A stretch of 64,000 bases of DNA, from NCBI GenBank assembly GCA_963706595.1, contig OY970166.1, positions 4,896,001 to 4,960,000 on the forward strand, in the 5' to 3' direction. The notes beneath the pieces are model-generated. The model saw only the letters and a list, made by a program, of their open reading frames with translations. It was not told the DNA's origin and did no database searches. This DNA comes from an uncultured cyanobacterium. Lineage in GTDB: Bacteria; Cyanobacteriota; Cyanobacteriia; Cyanobacteriales; Nostocaceae. Shown here one piece after another: positions 53,382-64,000 of this stretch; the first letter of the stretch is position 1; every line of letters starts with the position of its first letter. A program made the translations under genes and the position numbers.

Positions 53382-54479
53382 ATGAATATTTCCCCCAAAC
53401 ATCAAACCCAAAATCCCCTACTACAAAAAATCGGCAAACCCCAAAAAAGTAAGGTGAGAGACACCCATATTACCCTCGCCCACGGTAGCGGAGGTAAAGC
53501 CATGCGCGATTTAATTGAAGATATTTTTGTAAATAGCTTTGATAATCCAATTCTCTCCCAATTAGAAGACCAAGCCAGTTTAAACTTAGCTAGTCTCAGC
53601 CAACAGGGAGATAGACTAGCTTTTACAACAGATTCTTACGTTGTAGACCCTTTATTTTTTCCCGGTAGTGATATTGGCGAATTAGCAATTAATGGCACTA
53701 TTAATGATTTAGCCGTCAGTGGGGCTAAACCTTTATATCTCACTTGTAGCGTTATTATAGAAGAAGGATTAGAAGTAGAAACTTTGCGGCGTGTCGTTGC
53801 TAGTATGAAATTAGCCGCCCAACAAACTGGCGTGCAAATTGTCACAGGTGACACAAAAGTTGTCCAACGTGGTGCTGCCGATAAACTATTTATTAATACT
53901 ACAGGTATTGGGGTAATTCCTCAAGGAATTAACATTTCATCCCATAATATCCAAGTGGGAGATGTGGTAATTATTAATGGCGAATTGGGAAATCATGGTG
54001 CAGCAATTTTAATCGCCCGTGGGGAATTAGCATTAGAAACTAATATCGAAAGTGACTGTCAACCTTTGCATAGTTTAGTAGAAAGTATCCTCAGCGTTTG
54101 TCCTGATGTTCATGCTATGCGCGATGCTACACGGGGCGGTTTAGCGACAGTTTTAAATGAGTTTTCTGTGAGTTCTGGTGTAGGTATTCGTCTCGATGAA
54201 GAATCTATCCCGGTGCGGGAAGAAGTTAAAGGAGTTTGTGAAATACTAGGTTTAGATCCTTTGTATTTGGCGAATGAAGGGAAGTTAGTGGTGGTGGTAG
54301 CTGGTGAGAATGCTGAAGTTGTTTTATCAGCTATGAAGTCACACTCAGCCGGGAAGGATGCTTGTGTTATTGGTGAGGTTATTGCTTCACCTGCGGGTGT
54401 GGTTTTGTTAAGAACTGCTTTTGGGACTGAACGTATTGTTGATATGTTGGTGGGTGAACAATTACCGAGGATTTGTTGA
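53382..54479 (+). CDS. hypE: HypE
   Basis: HGSGGK, TTDSYVV, RDATRGG, C-terminal LPRIC. Confidence 0.98.
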   Translation: MNISPKHQTQNPLLQKIGKPQKSKVRDTHITLAHGSGGKAMRDLIEDIFVNSFDNPILSQLEDQASLNLASLSQQGDRLAFTTDSYVVDPLFFPGSDIGELAINGTINDLAVSGAKPLYLTCSVIIEEGLEVETLRRVVASMKLAAQQTGVQIVTGDTKVVQRGAADKLFINTTGIGVIPQGINISSHNIQVGDVVIINGELGNHGAAILIARGELALETNIESDCQPLHSLVESILSVCPDVHAMRDATRGGLATVLNEFSVSSGVGIRLDEESIPVREEVKGVCEILGLDPLYLANEGKLVVVVAGENAEVVLSAMKSHSAGKDACVIGEVIASPAGVVLLRTAFGTERIVDMLVGEQLPRIC

Positions 54480-54688
54480 TTTTTTGGAATAACGAACCGC
54501 CAAGTCGCCAAGTACGCCAAGGAAGAGAGAATGATTATTTAGAGAATGTTTGAAAAGTATTGTTTATTACCCAAAAATTTTATAAACCTAACCGCCATTC
54601 CCTTGTAGGGAATGGGTGTTTCAAAGCCTCTCTCCTTGTAGGAGAGAGGTTTGGAGAGAGGTTTTTAGTATACTCAGCACTTAATTTT

Positions 54689-55018
54689 ATGCACGAATTA
54701 GGAATTACGCAAAATATTGTGGCTATTGTTAGTGAACACGCCCAAGGTGCAAAGGTTCAACGGGTGGTGTTAGAAATTGGTCAACTTTCGGCGATTTTAC
54801 CTGATGCTATTGAGTTCTGTTTTGATATCTGTACTCAAGGTACGGTTTTGGTGGGGGCGATATTAGAAATTAGGGAAATTCCTGGTTTAGCACGTTGTCG
54901 TGAATGTGGTGCAGAAATACATTTAAATAAACCTTTTGGTGTATGTGGCTGTGGTAGCGTGCAGTTAGACTTAATAGCTGGTGAAGAATTGAAAATTAAG
55001 GAAATCGAAATAGAGTAA
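54689..55018 (+). CDS. hypA: HypA
   Basis: MHELGI start, CREC...CGC. Confidence 0.96.
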   Translation: MHELGITQNIVAIVSEHAQGAKVQRVVLEIGQLSAILPDAIEFCFDICTQGTVLVGAILEIREIPGLARCRECGAEIHLNKPFGVCGCGSVQLDLIAGEELKIKEIEIE

Positions 55019-55020
55019 TT

Positions 55021-55872
55021 ATGTGTGTAACTTGCGGTTGTTCTGATGATGCTGAAAGCACAATTACTAATTTAGAAACTGGTGAGGTTGAACACAATCA
55101 GCATGATCATACTCACACTTTACCTGATGGGACTATAATCACTCATTCTCATAGTCATAACACTCAGCATGAAGCTTCTCAAGTTCATGCCAAAATACAT
55201 AATACAACAATATCTTTAGAACAAGATATTTTAGCGAAAAATAATTTGATAGCAGCCCAAAATCGGGGATGGTTTAAAGGACGCAATATTTTAGCTTTAA
55301 ATTTAATGAGTTCTCCTGGTTCGGGTAAAACAACTCTGTTAACTCGGACTATTCATGATTTAAAGCATCAGCTACCTATTAGTGTAATTGAAGGCGACCA
55401 AGAAACAGCTAATGATGCCGAAAAGATTAGGGAAACTGGCTGTAAAGTTGTGCAAATTAATACAGGTACTGGTTGTCATTTAGAAGCCTCTATGATTGAT
55501 AGGGGTTTACAGCAATTAAACCCGCCTCTCGATTCGGTGGTGATGATTGAAAATGTCGGAAATTTGGTTTGTCCGGCTTTGTTTGATTTGGGAGAACACG
55601 CTAAGGTGGTTATTCTCTCGGTAACTGAGGGAGAGGATAAGCCGATTAAATATCCCCATATATTTCGTGCTAGCGATATCATGATTTTGACTAAGGTTGA
55701 TTTGCTACCTTATGTGCAGTTTGATGTGCAGAAATGTATAGATTACGCCCGACAGGTGAATCCTCAAATTCAAATTTTTCAGGTTTCTGCTACTACTGGT
55801 GCTGGTTTAGAAAATTGGTATGGGTGGCTATATGCAAAAGTGGCTAATTTATCAATTCCGGTTTCTGTTTAA
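55021..55872 (+). CDS. hypB: HypB
   Basis: MCVTCGC, His-rich tract, SSPGSGKT, GCHL, ENVGNLVCP. Confidence 0.98.
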   Translation: MCVTCGCSDDAESTITNLETGEVEHNQHDHTHTLPDGTIITHSHSHNTQHEASQVHAKIHNTTISLEQDILAKNNLIAAQNRGWFKGRNILALNLMSSPGSGKTTLLTRTIHDLKHQLPISVIEGDQETANDAEKIRETGCKVVQINTGTGCHLEASMIDRGLQQLNPPLDSVVMIENVGNLVCPALFDLGEHAKVVILSVTEGEDKPIKYPHIFRASDIMILTKVDLLPYVQFDVQKCIDYARQVNPQIQIFQVSATTGAGLENWYGWLYAKVANLSIPVSV

Positions 55873-56211
55873 TTTCTATACCGGAAAATTGGAAAATATT
55901 ATCATTCAAAAAAGTAAATCTCAATGAACACAGATAAGACAAGATATCTGTGTTTTTTCGTGTGTTTACTAATTTGTAAAGTATCTAATTCACAGGTTAA
56001 GTTCATTTATTTGGTCTTTGTATTTTGATTTAACCTTTTAATTAACAACAATTCTTGGTTTATTAAATCCGTCTGAAGTTCAATGAAAAAATGATTTATT
56101 TTTATCAAAAATAAATAGTGCATATTCTTTTTTTACTGGCACTGCATAAATTTTAAATAATGCACTTCAGGGTTTAAGTAGCAAAGCTATATTGCAACGC
56201 AGATAATCACT

Positions 56212-56913
56212 ATGGTCAATGTAATCGCTCGTGACACTGACAAAGGACTCCTTACTTACATTATTCAATTCCTAGCATCTAGTACCCTAAAAATTGACGA
56301 TGGTCGCACTGATGCAGTATTTGACTTTGAAGACGCACTTGATCAAACGGAAATGGCACAGTTAGCCGTTAATGAACTTAAAAAAATCCCGGAAGTGAAT
56401 GTCTTGTTTAAAGAACGCTGGCTTCCTACTCCTTTCAATCTGGAGGAATTAAGCCAACTTCCAGAGGGTACTTTGGGTCATGTTTATGCTCATAAAATTA
56501 AGTCTGAAGACTTTAATCCCTACTTCTACAAAACGGTTCCTGTAGTTGATGATATCTCTTATCTCAAAATGCTTTGGAGAACTACCCATGATATTTATCA
56601 TGTGGTTGGGGGATTTGATACTGATGAAATTGGTGAAATTGGGCTACAAGCTTTCTTTATCGCTCAAACCCCGATTCCTATCAGCGCCATGATTGTGAGT
56701 TTTGGTCTGGTGATGATTAGTCTTTACCAACCACATAACTGCAAATATTTAATGTCCGAAATTTCCCGTGGTTACAATCTTGGTTCCCAAACTCCAGGTA
56801 AGTTTATTGCTCAAAAATGGGATAAATATTGGGATGTCCAGATTAGCGATATTCGGGCTAGTTTGGGAATGAAGCCTAGTTTGTCAAACAGATCCTTAGC
56901 AGCTAAGATTTAG
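56212..56913 (+). CDS. Coq4-like family protein
   Basis: LPEGTLG, HDIYHVV.GF.TD..GE motif. Confidence 0.85.
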   Translation: MVNVIARDTDKGLLTYIIQFLASSTLKIDDGRTDAVFDFEDALDQTEMAQLAVNELKKIPEVNVLFKERWLPTPFNLEELSQLPEGTLGHVYAHKIKSEDFNPYFYKTVPVVDDISYLKMLWRTTHDIYHVVGGFDTDEIGEIGLQAFFIAQTPIPISAMIVSFGLVMISLYQPHNCKYLMSEISRGYNLGSQTPGKFIAQKWDKYWDVQISDIRASLGMKPSLSNRSLAAKI

Positions 56914-57004
56914 CCACAAATTTCCGAGAGTTATGTCTGTTTTAATTCTCTCCCCGAAGGCGGGGAAGAGTAAGATTATATTAGGCAATTCGAGAGGTTT
57001 GCGA

Positions 57005-57376
57005 TTAAAGCCAATCCCGATAAGCCGAAATTTCATTGACGCTGATTTCAAATGGCTGCCCTTTACCAAATGGAGGATAAACGCGGATTTTGGCGTTACT
57101 GGTAAACCTCTCTAGTCTATTCCCTAATTGAGCAATGTTACTGACTATATGCCAGTAAGATACTATGTCAGGGCAGTCAATAATTAGGGTCAGGGTTGTG
57201 CTATTCTTGGTCAGATACCATTGACAGTTTGATAATAAGACTTGCGTAATGCGATCGCAAGCGTGAAAAAAGCATCTGCCAATAGATCGTTCTAACTCCA
57301 AATGCAGCATTCCATCCTGTTTCGTTACCTCAGTGGGTGGTAAATCATCGGGAGGAAGCTGGTACAGTTTAGACAT
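57005..57376 (-). CDS. conserved hypothetical protein, paralog of 26411-26785
   Basis: Shared motifs with 26411-26785; overlaps the LLM stop. Confidence 0.8.
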   Translation of the reverse strand: MSKLYQLPPDDLPPTEVTKQDGMLHLELERSIGRCFFHACDRITQVLLSNCQWYLTKNSTTLTLIIDCPDIVSYWHIVSNIAQLGNRLERFTSNAKIRVYPPFGKGQPFEISVNEISAYRDWL

Positions 57377-58373
57377 AATTCCGAACCTCTTGGTTGTAGC
57401 GCTCTAAACTTTCTAAGTTCTTTTGCAGAACAAAAGAAGAGGGTTTGAGCGCTAATGTACCGATATTTAACTCGGATTGAAATTTTTTGATTTTGTCTCG
57501 ACAAGTCCTCACATCACCGATAATTGAGTTCTCAATCAAATAGTCTTCGTCGAAACAAATATTTGTGCGGTCAAATGGTTTCTGATTGGGATTCTTACTT
57601 TTTTGGATGACTTCAGCCGAGTTTGCTTGCATTTTTTGGCTGAATTTGCGAATGAATGGTAATGCTTCACTCACGGCTTCATCGGAGGTTTTACCAACAT
57701 AAAAGAAGCGCGCCAATACAAGTTTTTCTGAGCCGCTAGTATTGAATTCTCGATACTTAGCTACGGTGTTTTTCAATCTCTCTAAGGAGAATGGTGGACC
57801 CCCCATTAAGCCAAAGGAATTTTGGGCGGCAAATTCGATGCCTTGATCGTCACCAGTGGCGATGTAAACTGGAATTTGAGCCTGTAATGGTTTGGGGTAA
57901 ATTGTCAAGCGATCGCATTGATAATACTGCCCATTAAATGACACGTTGTCATCATATAGCAGCTTTTGAATTAAGGCGATCGCTTCTAACATTTTGGGGC
58001 GAGATTCACCCATTGGTGTACCAAAATGCTTATTATGCTCAGGAAATGGACCTCCTTTCGCCACTCCAAATAACAATCTGCCATTACACAAATTATCCAA
58101 AGTAGCAATATCTTCCGCTACCCGAATCGGGTTATGAAATGGCAATAATACCGCCGCCGTCGCTAATTGAATCTTTGACGTAAGCCCCGCTAGGTGTGCC
58201 ATTAACAGCAACATAGACGAACTGAGATTGAATTCATTAAAATGATGTTCACTCACCCAGGCTGAGTCAAAACCTAAGCTTTCCGCCTGTTGTACTAGCG
58301 CGACTTGCTCAAAGATTGTGCGGCTGGTATTCTGATGATGATTTTCGTAATTGCAAAAAATTCCAGTTTTCAT
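57369..58373 (-). CDS. LLM-class (luciferase-like) flavin-dependent oxidoreductase
   Basis: AESLGFDSAWVSEHHF, PIRVAEDIATLD.L..GR; start MKTGIF. Confidence 0.92.
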   Translation of the reverse strand: MKTGIFCNYENHHQNTSRTIFEQVALVQQAESLGFDSAWVSEHHFNEFNLSSSMLLLMAHLAGLTSKIQLATAAVLLPFHNPIRVAEDIATLDNLCNGRLLFGVAKGGPFPEHNKHFGTPMGESRPKMLEAIALIQKLLYDDNVSFNGQYYQCDRLTIYPKPLQAQIPVYIATGDDQGIEFAAQNSFGLMGGPPFSLERLKNTVAKYREFNTSGSEKLVLARFFYVGKTSDEAVSEALPFIRKFSQKMQANSAEVIQKSKNPNQKPFDRTNICFDEDYLIENSIIGDVRTCRDKIKKFQSELNIGTLALKPSSFVLQKNLESLERYNQEVRNYV

Positions 58374-58756
58374 TGTAGGCGATCGCAATTTAAAGTTGTC
58401 ACCCATTGCAACTCCAACCATAAACGGGGATTGGTATGCTTGAGCTTCGACATCGGGTCTCGTAGCAATCGCGACCCGTTCATACAAACTACTTGAATTA
58501 GCCCCATATTATCTGCCAGTTCTCTGAGGACATCTTTTTGGGCTTGCACATAGGGAAGCATTTTTTCCGAGCAGTAAATCCCTACATATTGCAAACGTCT
58601 AGCTGGTCGTCCCCAAAAACAGGTGATGACTTTCACATGACACCCGTCTAGCAATTCCCCAAGTGTTGGGTAATAGTGAGTGACGACTCTTGTGAACTCT
58701 TTAGCTAGGATATGTTCAGCAATCATACCAACTGATATTTCTGTAGCGTTCATCAC
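58370..58756 (-). CDS. hypothetical protein translationally coupled to the LLM gene
   Basis: ATGA overlap with the LLM start. Confidence 0.75.
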   Translation of the reverse strand: MMNATEISVGMIAEHILAKEFTRVVTHYYPTLGELLDGCHVKVITCFWGRPARRLQYVGIYCSEKMLPYVQAQKDVLRELADNMGLIQVVCMNGSRLLRDPMSKLKHTNPRLWLELQWVTTLNCDRLQ

Positions 58757-58870
58757 GCTATTTAATATAACATATTATTGTCAATTAAACCTGACAAATT
58801 ACACGATTTCTTTCTTTTTTGCTATTAGACATCTCTGACAAAGAAAACGCATATTTTAATTCAGTCGATA

Positions 58871-58979
58871 AGTAGCTCAAACTTAAAAAGCTTAATACCT
58901 AATACCCAGATCACCGACTTCTCTAAGCAGTCGGGGATCTATATCTTCAAGGTTTTATGTTTAATTATCTTGACCTACT
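58871..58979. mobile_element. MITE-like element with TA flanks enclosing a palindrome
   Basis: AGTAGCTCAA / TTGACCTACT ends; inner AGATCACCGACT...AGTCGGGGATCT. Confidence 0.5.
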
Positions 58980-59154
58980 TACCTATAAAAAAATGAGGCG
59001 TGCTTGAGTTTAGCATCACCTCATCTCATCATCCTATGGAATTGTGACAAACTTCAGAATTCGGTTGATCAAATTGGGAGAAGGTTTTAAATAGCAAACT
59101 CAAAATCTTCAGCTTTAATTAATGTACATTCTGAATTTTGAATTTTAATGAATA

Positions 59155-59466
59155 TCAACGAGCTTTACGCTCTGCTACTAAAACTTCAGCTACCATTTCT
59201 GGAACATCGACAAAATCTGAAAATCCTTCTGAAGCCGGAATTGGCGAAATAAATGTATAGTTGGGGTCACACATTCCCGTATCATAGACTTCAATAAACC
59301 AACGATCCGGAAACCCTTCGACACCCAATTCCACAATGTACCAACTCTCGCCAATCAGCCGAGAGCCAAACATGACAAACCACTCTCGATGATCTTCTGA
59401 AATGTTCCAATCTGCCATGAGGAACTCTAACGCAATTTGTCCAGCGTCGGTTTCAGTCAGCAGCAT
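59155..59466 (-). CDS. hypothetical acidic protein
   Basis: AGGAG RBS; 103 aa. Confidence 0.75.
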   Translation of the reverse strand: MLLTETDAGQIALEFLMADWNISEDHREWFVMFGSRLIGESWYIVELGVEGFPDRWFIEVYDTGMCDPNYTFISPIPASEGFSDFVDVPEMVAEVLVAERKAR

Positions 59467-59468
59467 AT

Positions 59469-59735
59469 TTACTCCTTACTTGCAACTTCTGAATTGGGGA
59501 CTTCAGGATATAAGCCCAGTTGCTTTGCTAATTCACGAGCCACAAAAAACAAAAACTGAGCGCCTTCTTGATTACCACCATGGGCAAAACTAGCTGCTAC
59601 TTGTAACATTGTTTCCACGAAAGGAGCATCAATCAATTCTGGTTGAGATTCTAAAATTTCTGGTTCTTGACCATTCGGACATTTAAGTAATTGGTCAATG
59701 AGATCGAAATATTGGATTTGGCGTTCTTCTGTCAT
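59469..59735 (-). CDS. hypothetical protein
   Basis: Y..LI..LL.CPNGQE...L....ELID motif; probable start MTEERQ. Confidence 0.75.
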   Translation of the reverse strand: MTEERQIQYFDLIDQLLKCPNGQEPEILESQPELIDAPFVETMLQVAASFAHGGNQEGAQFLFFVARELAKQLGLYPEVPNSEVASKE

Positions 59736-59776
59736 GGTAATTTTGTTTCTTGAATGAGTAAAATTTGCAGAGAGGA

Positions 59777-60202
59777 TTACTCGATACTTTGCTGCCAAAG
59801 CCTTTCCAACATTTCAACTTGTTCTTTTAAGATAGCAGCACGATAAACAAGATATCTGTCATAAACAATAATCCCTAATCCTACAAAAATAGGGGTGATT
59901 AAGACAAACCATTGCAAAATGCTCGCCAGTCTATATTGCTCGGCAGCAATTAATAATCGATTCACAAGATTACGATCAGAGATTTCGTTTTTTGTCTGAT
60001 ATTCAGATAAACTTGTACTTGTTTCTGGGGAAAATAAGGCAGAATTACCTGGAGGATTTTTGTTGATTTCACAGGCTAAATTCTGCATTTTAACGAACTC
60101 AATATGTCGTCCCCAAACTATACTGAATACTACTATCCCCGGAGAAAGCACTACTAAGGTAACTAAACAAACTGTGAGAACATTTAGAAGTTTAACTTTC
60201 AT
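59777..60202 (-). CDS. hypothetical membrane protein
   Basis: Two TM segments; C-terminal QVEMLERLWQ; AGGAG RBS. Confidence 0.75.
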   Translation of the reverse strand: MKVKLLNVLTVCLVTLVVLSPGIVVFSIVWGRHIEFVKMQNLACEINKNPPGNSALFSPETSTSLSEYQTKNEISDRNLVNRLLIAAEQYRLASILQWFVLITPIFVGLGIIVYDRYLVYRAAILKEQVEMLERLWQQSIE

Positions 60203-61182
60203 ATTTGCTCTCCTTCTCTAGGTAATCTGTACCCAGATGAATATCTGTTCTTGTTTACCTAACCAGCTTTTGCTTTCCACTGTTCAAACATTTCGGATAC
60301 TAAAGTTTAACCATTTATCAGCGCTCAGTTTGTTCACTGAAGACTGAAAACTTACCAATTTTTCCACAAAAGCTATAGTTATCAACTTAGGACTAACATT
60401 TTCCTAACCAGAGGAGTTAAGAAGTCCCCCCTAATTCTGTGGGTAAAACCCTAAGAACTTCGGGGGGTAGAGGGGAATCTCTGCGTAAATCCTACAAAAT
60501 TTATAGCAGTCGTCCCTGTTGATGCGAGTTTAACCTGGGTGAATTAAGATTATTAAACTTATTAAAGTTGTACTCAAAGCCTATAACTTCTATCTCATCA
60601 GGCTTAGATAAATTTTTCGGGGTATGGGTACGAGTATTTATGATCTGGGGTGCTAGTGTTTATGAGGTGGGGTACTAGTATTTCTGCACTCAGGCTTAAA
60701 GCTATGTAGAGCAATGGTAGAGGGCAGTTTTGATGCTGTTTTTTGATCCTTAAAGGTTGTACTCAAATAAATAGATTATGTGGTGAGTCTACACTAAATT
60801 TCCCGGAAAATCTATTATTTTTTGATTGTAAATGCAGCCTCATATACTAAATATAAATTATAAAAAGTTAAATGTACAACTTTTTCATCCAGGAAGTAAA
60901 CTTCTGTTAACCGGATTATGTCAACAATAAACAAATGAACTTCGCCTAGACAAAGACAGTAGAATTAAACTATGAAGTTGGACTATGGTAACTAAAAAAC
61001 ATTACTGGTCAAGGACAAGTGAGAAAATGACTGCTAATTGATGATTTAAACGGTCAATTCCGAATTTTGATTAGAGTAGATAATCTAGACTTTTACTCAC
61101 ACCGCATAGAAATTAAATACGTACAAGTTGATTTTTACTAGTGAATAATTGGTCATAGGCGTAAAATCATAGGAGTTAATTT

Positions 61183-62142
61183 ATGAGAATTGCTAAAGAT
61201 ATTACCGAACTTATTGGTAGAACGCCTTTAGTTCAATTGAATAAAATTCCTCAAGCTGAGGGAGTGGGCGCGAGGATTATTGTCAAACTCGAAGGTATGA
61301 ACCCAGCCGCTTCAGTCAAAGACCGGATTGGCATTAGTATGGTTTTGGCGGCAGAAGCCGAGGGTTTAATTGAGCCGGGAAAAACGATTTTAGTTGAGCC
61401 AACTTCCGGAAATACAGGTATTGCTTTAGCGATGGTAGCAGCAGCGCGTGGCTACAGTTTAATTTTGACAATGCCAGAGACAATGAGCCAAGAACGACGC
61501 GCTATGCTCAAAGCCTATGGTGCAACTTTAGAATTAACACCAGGCGCTGAAGGAATGCGAGGAGCGATTAATAAAGCGGAAGCAATTGTGGCAAATACTC
61601 CCAATGCTTTAATGCTGCAACAGTTTCGCAACCCAGCCAACCCCAAAATTCACAGAGAAACTACCGCCGAAGAAATTTGGGCAGATACTGACGGAGAGGT
61701 TGATTTCGTGATTGCTGGAGTCGGGACTGGTGGGACGATTACAGGGATTGCAGAAGTATTAAAACAATACAAGCCGAGTTTGCAAGCGATCGCAGTTGAA
61801 CCCAGCAATAGCCCCATCCTTTCTGGTGGTGCAGCCGGACCGCACAAAATCCAAGGTATTGGCGCAGGATTCGTCCCAGACGTGCTACGCCTAGAACTAA
61901 TTGATGAAGTGATTAGAGTCAGTGATGAACAAGCGATCGCTTATGGGCGACGTTTAGCCAAAGAAGAAGGATTATTATCTGGTATATCCTCCGGTGCGGC
62001 TTTATGTGCAGCAATTCAAGTCGGTCAACGCCCAGAAAATGCCGGTAAGTTAATTGTGATGATTCAGCCTTCCTTTGGAGAACGTTACCTCAGCACGCCG
62101 ATGTTCCAAGATTTGTCTTTAGACTCTGCTCATTTGCGTTAA
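61183..62142 (+). CDS. cysK: cysteine synthase A
   Basis: SVKDRIG, PTSGNTG, GTGGT, GERYLST. Confidence 0.97.
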   Translation: MRIAKDITELIGRTPLVQLNKIPQAEGVGARIIVKLEGMNPAASVKDRIGISMVLAAEAEGLIEPGKTILVEPTSGNTGIALAMVAAARGYSLILTMPETMSQERRAMLKAYGATLELTPGAEGMRGAINKAEAIVANTPNALMLQQFRNPANPKIHRETTAEEIWADTDGEVDFVIAGVGTGGTITGIAEVLKQYKPSLQAIAVEPSNSPILSGGAAGPHKIQGIGAGFVPDVLRLELIDEVIRVSDEQAIAYGRRLAKEEGLLSGISSGAALCAAIQVGQRPENAGKLIVMIQPSFGERYLSTPMFQDLSLDSAHLR

Positions 62143-62241
62143 GAAAAATTAGAAATTAGTCTCATCACTTCTCAGAAATATCAACAAGAAGTGATGATTA
62201 ATTTCTTCCCTACAATGATTTACCGGAAATACCAGTTCGCC

Positions 62242-62706
62242 CTAATGCTTACAACCACCTTCATGATGATGGTCATGACTATGACCGTGAGCGCAACCTT
62301 GTAAATTTTGACTCGTGAGACTTTCGCTGACAGATCGTAAAGACTCATCCACAGGCTTTAAGCCAATCCAAGCATCGATTGCTTCCACATCGAAACCGAC
62401 CTCACGGCGACTTTCTACTTCTAGTAAAGGACGGCGAATTAACAAAGGGTCTTCCAACATTAGTTCTAAAGCTTTTTGGGCATCAATTTTTTCCGGAACC
62501 ACCTCGCCAGATTTTATCTTGGGAGCAGAACGATTGAACCATTCAGCCACGGGGCGATCGCCAAAAAACGACCGCAAGCGCTCAATTGTCCAAGGTTCTT
62601 TTAACAGATTGCACACGACAACTTCATGACCAGCAGCAGTGAGCAAAACTTTTTGCTTGACACCACCTTTACAACCTGGCTTCTCATAGAAAATTACTCT
62701 AGCCAT
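62242..62706 (-). CDS. ArsC/Spx-family nitrogenase-associated protein with His-rich tail
   Basis: FYEKPGC, PLLIRRPL, HGHSHDHHH. Confidence 0.85.
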   Translation of the reverse strand: MARVIFYEKPGCKGGVKQKVLLTAAGHEVVVCNLLKEPWTIERLRSFFGDRPVAEWFNRSAPKIKSGEVVPEKIDAQKALELMLEDPLLIRRPLLEVESRREVGFDVEAIDAWIGLKPVDESLRSVSESLTSQNLQGCAHGHSHDHHHEGGCKH

Positions 62707-62758
62707 TGCACTTACTCCCAATTTACGAAATAATCATTCTTCTCCCTCATTCCCCTCA

Positions 62759-63376
62759 TCAAAACTTCTTCGCTGTATGAGTAACTGAGTCAAACTCAAA
62801 CCTCTCCTGCGGATCAGTTTCTCCATAAACATTAAAAGTCACAGTTGGTTCCTCACCCACTGCTTCCACACTGTGAATTGCATCGGGAGTGAAGCTCACA
62901 ATATCTCCTGGAAATAAAGTTATCTCTCCCGTAGGTGCAATTTTGTTTACACAATCAGGGCTGTGGGTACGTTGCCAAGAAGTATTTTTTTCTTGCCCTT
63001 TTAACACAGCCACAACCCCCCACGTCCCATGATTATGAATAGTTGAACGAGTTCCCGGTGCAAATGTGACTGTTTGCACAGTTAAGGGAAAACCCAATTC
63101 ATCATACAGAAGTAAAACAGAGTTTCCCGTTGCCGGATCAGGTTCTGAATATTGACTTTGTACCCAGTAGGAATTGACAACCAAGCGCCTGACAAGCATT
63201 CGGATTTCTGGCAAACGACTTGATTCATCATCTACCCCATTGAGAACATCTTCCACCTCAGTTAAAAACCGATAGAGGCGATAATTCTCTCTTAATAAAT
63301 CCCATGCTCTCACGGATTTACAAGCTTGATATAGACCATTGCCAGTTACTAGCCAATCCTTACCTTTGATCATCAT
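62759..63376 (-). CDS. cysteine dioxygenase-like cupin
   Basis: STIHNHGTWG...AIHSV metal-binding His pattern. Confidence 0.82.
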   Translation of the reverse strand: MMIKGKDWLVTGNGLYQACKSVRAWDLLRENYRLYRFLTEVEDVLNGVDDESSRLPEIRMLVRRLVVNSYWVQSQYSEPDPATGNSVLLLYDELGFPLTVQTVTFAPGTRSTIHNHGTWGVVAVLKGQEKNTSWQRTHSPDCVNKIAPTGEITLFPGDIVSFTPDAIHSVEAVGEEPTVTFNVYGETDPQERFEFDSVTHTAKKF

Positions 63377-63543
63377 TAAATCATCAATTGAGAAGACTGA
63401 GGCAACACCAAGATAGGAGGAGTCAGACTACTAGGAGTACCAGGGCGAGGAGGCAAAGGACTGATGATCACCACAGGTAGAAAAGGACTAGAAGTTTCAG
63501 TTTCAGATAATGACATGGGTTGGTAGATGGAAAAACTATTCAT
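63376..63543 (-). CDS. putative 55-aa Pro/Ser-rich peptide
   Basis: Fills the gap between two co-oriented genes; TAATG stop/start overlap with the cupin. Confidence 0.45.
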   Translation of the reverse strand: MNSFSIYQPMSLSETETSSPFLPVVIISPLPPRPGTPSSLTPPILVLPQSSQLMI

Positions 63544-63566
63544 AGTTGTCGATTCTTTTTAGTTAA

Positions 63567-64000
63567 CTAATCGTCTTCATCTGGTGGACGTGTCAAAATA
63601 TCCAGCAGGATTCCGGCTCCAAAATCATTATTTTCGTCAATTTGTTTGACTCGAATACTGATTTCTTTCGCCTGCTCAATTTCCCCTAAATTTGCTAATA
63701 CCATTCCAGAAGCGGCATAAGCATTTAAGTACAATCTGATTTGGGGTTCCTCTTGCCGTTTAATTAATATAGGCTTGAGTTCTTCCCAATCATCAGGAAA
63801 GTTTTCTACTTCTTTAATTTTATCTAAAACTTTAATTGCAGTTTGTAGCGCTAGGGGATAATTATTCTTATAATAAAAAAATCTATATGCTGATACTAAA
63901 ATCTCGGTATTTCCCTCAGCCTTAGCCAAGGCTTGATGAATATACTTTTCGGATTCTGAGGTGTTTTCCCAAGTTTGTGCTGCCAAGATTAATAAATTTT
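63567..64000 (-). CDS. TPR-like helical protein, 5' end outside window
   Basis: Frame open to the window edge; helical repeat pattern. Confidence 0.75.
   Translation of the reverse strand, partial: NLLILAAQTWENTSESEKYIHQALAKAEGNTEILVSAYRFFYYKNNYPLALQTAIKVLDKIKEVENFPDDWEELKPILIKRQEEPQIRLYLNAYAASGMVLANLGEIEQAKEISIRVKQIDENNDFGAGILLDILTRPPDEDD

Overview
This window comes from a heterocyst-forming cyanobacterium (Nostocales-type; many HIP1 GCGATCGC sites and heptamer STRR repeats). It holds the main Mo-nitrogenase cluster (fdxN'-nifS-nifU-glbN-nifH-nifD-nifK-orf-nifE-nifN-nifX-orf-orf-nifW-hesA-hesB-fdxH), then accessory genes (GluR0-type K+ channel, B12-riboswitch/DUF1636, ankyrin, SagB-like), the uptake hydrogenase locus (hupW, hupSL, hypFCDEAB with its usual upstream ORFs) and a cysK/ArsC-like/cupin/LLM block. 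Two developmentally excised elements interrupt genes: a ~6.0 kb nifD element (xisA, 11-bp imperfect direct repeats) and a ~11.8 kb hupL element (xisC, 16-bp imperfect direct repeats). The nifD element carries an animal-type fatty acid-binding protein gene, a NYN protein and a RAYT transposase with its REP array. The hupL element looks like a defence island (Shedu-like DUF4263, HEPN-Zn finger, duplicated mosaic AAA-PD(D/E)XK genes, TA modules). xisC, hypF and a DUF4352-like gene each carry a +1 frameshift that can be repaired by removing an A from a G-A-C, and the ancestral 5' end of xisA is broken by nested repeats. Family assignments come from motif recognition and recall, not from database searches.
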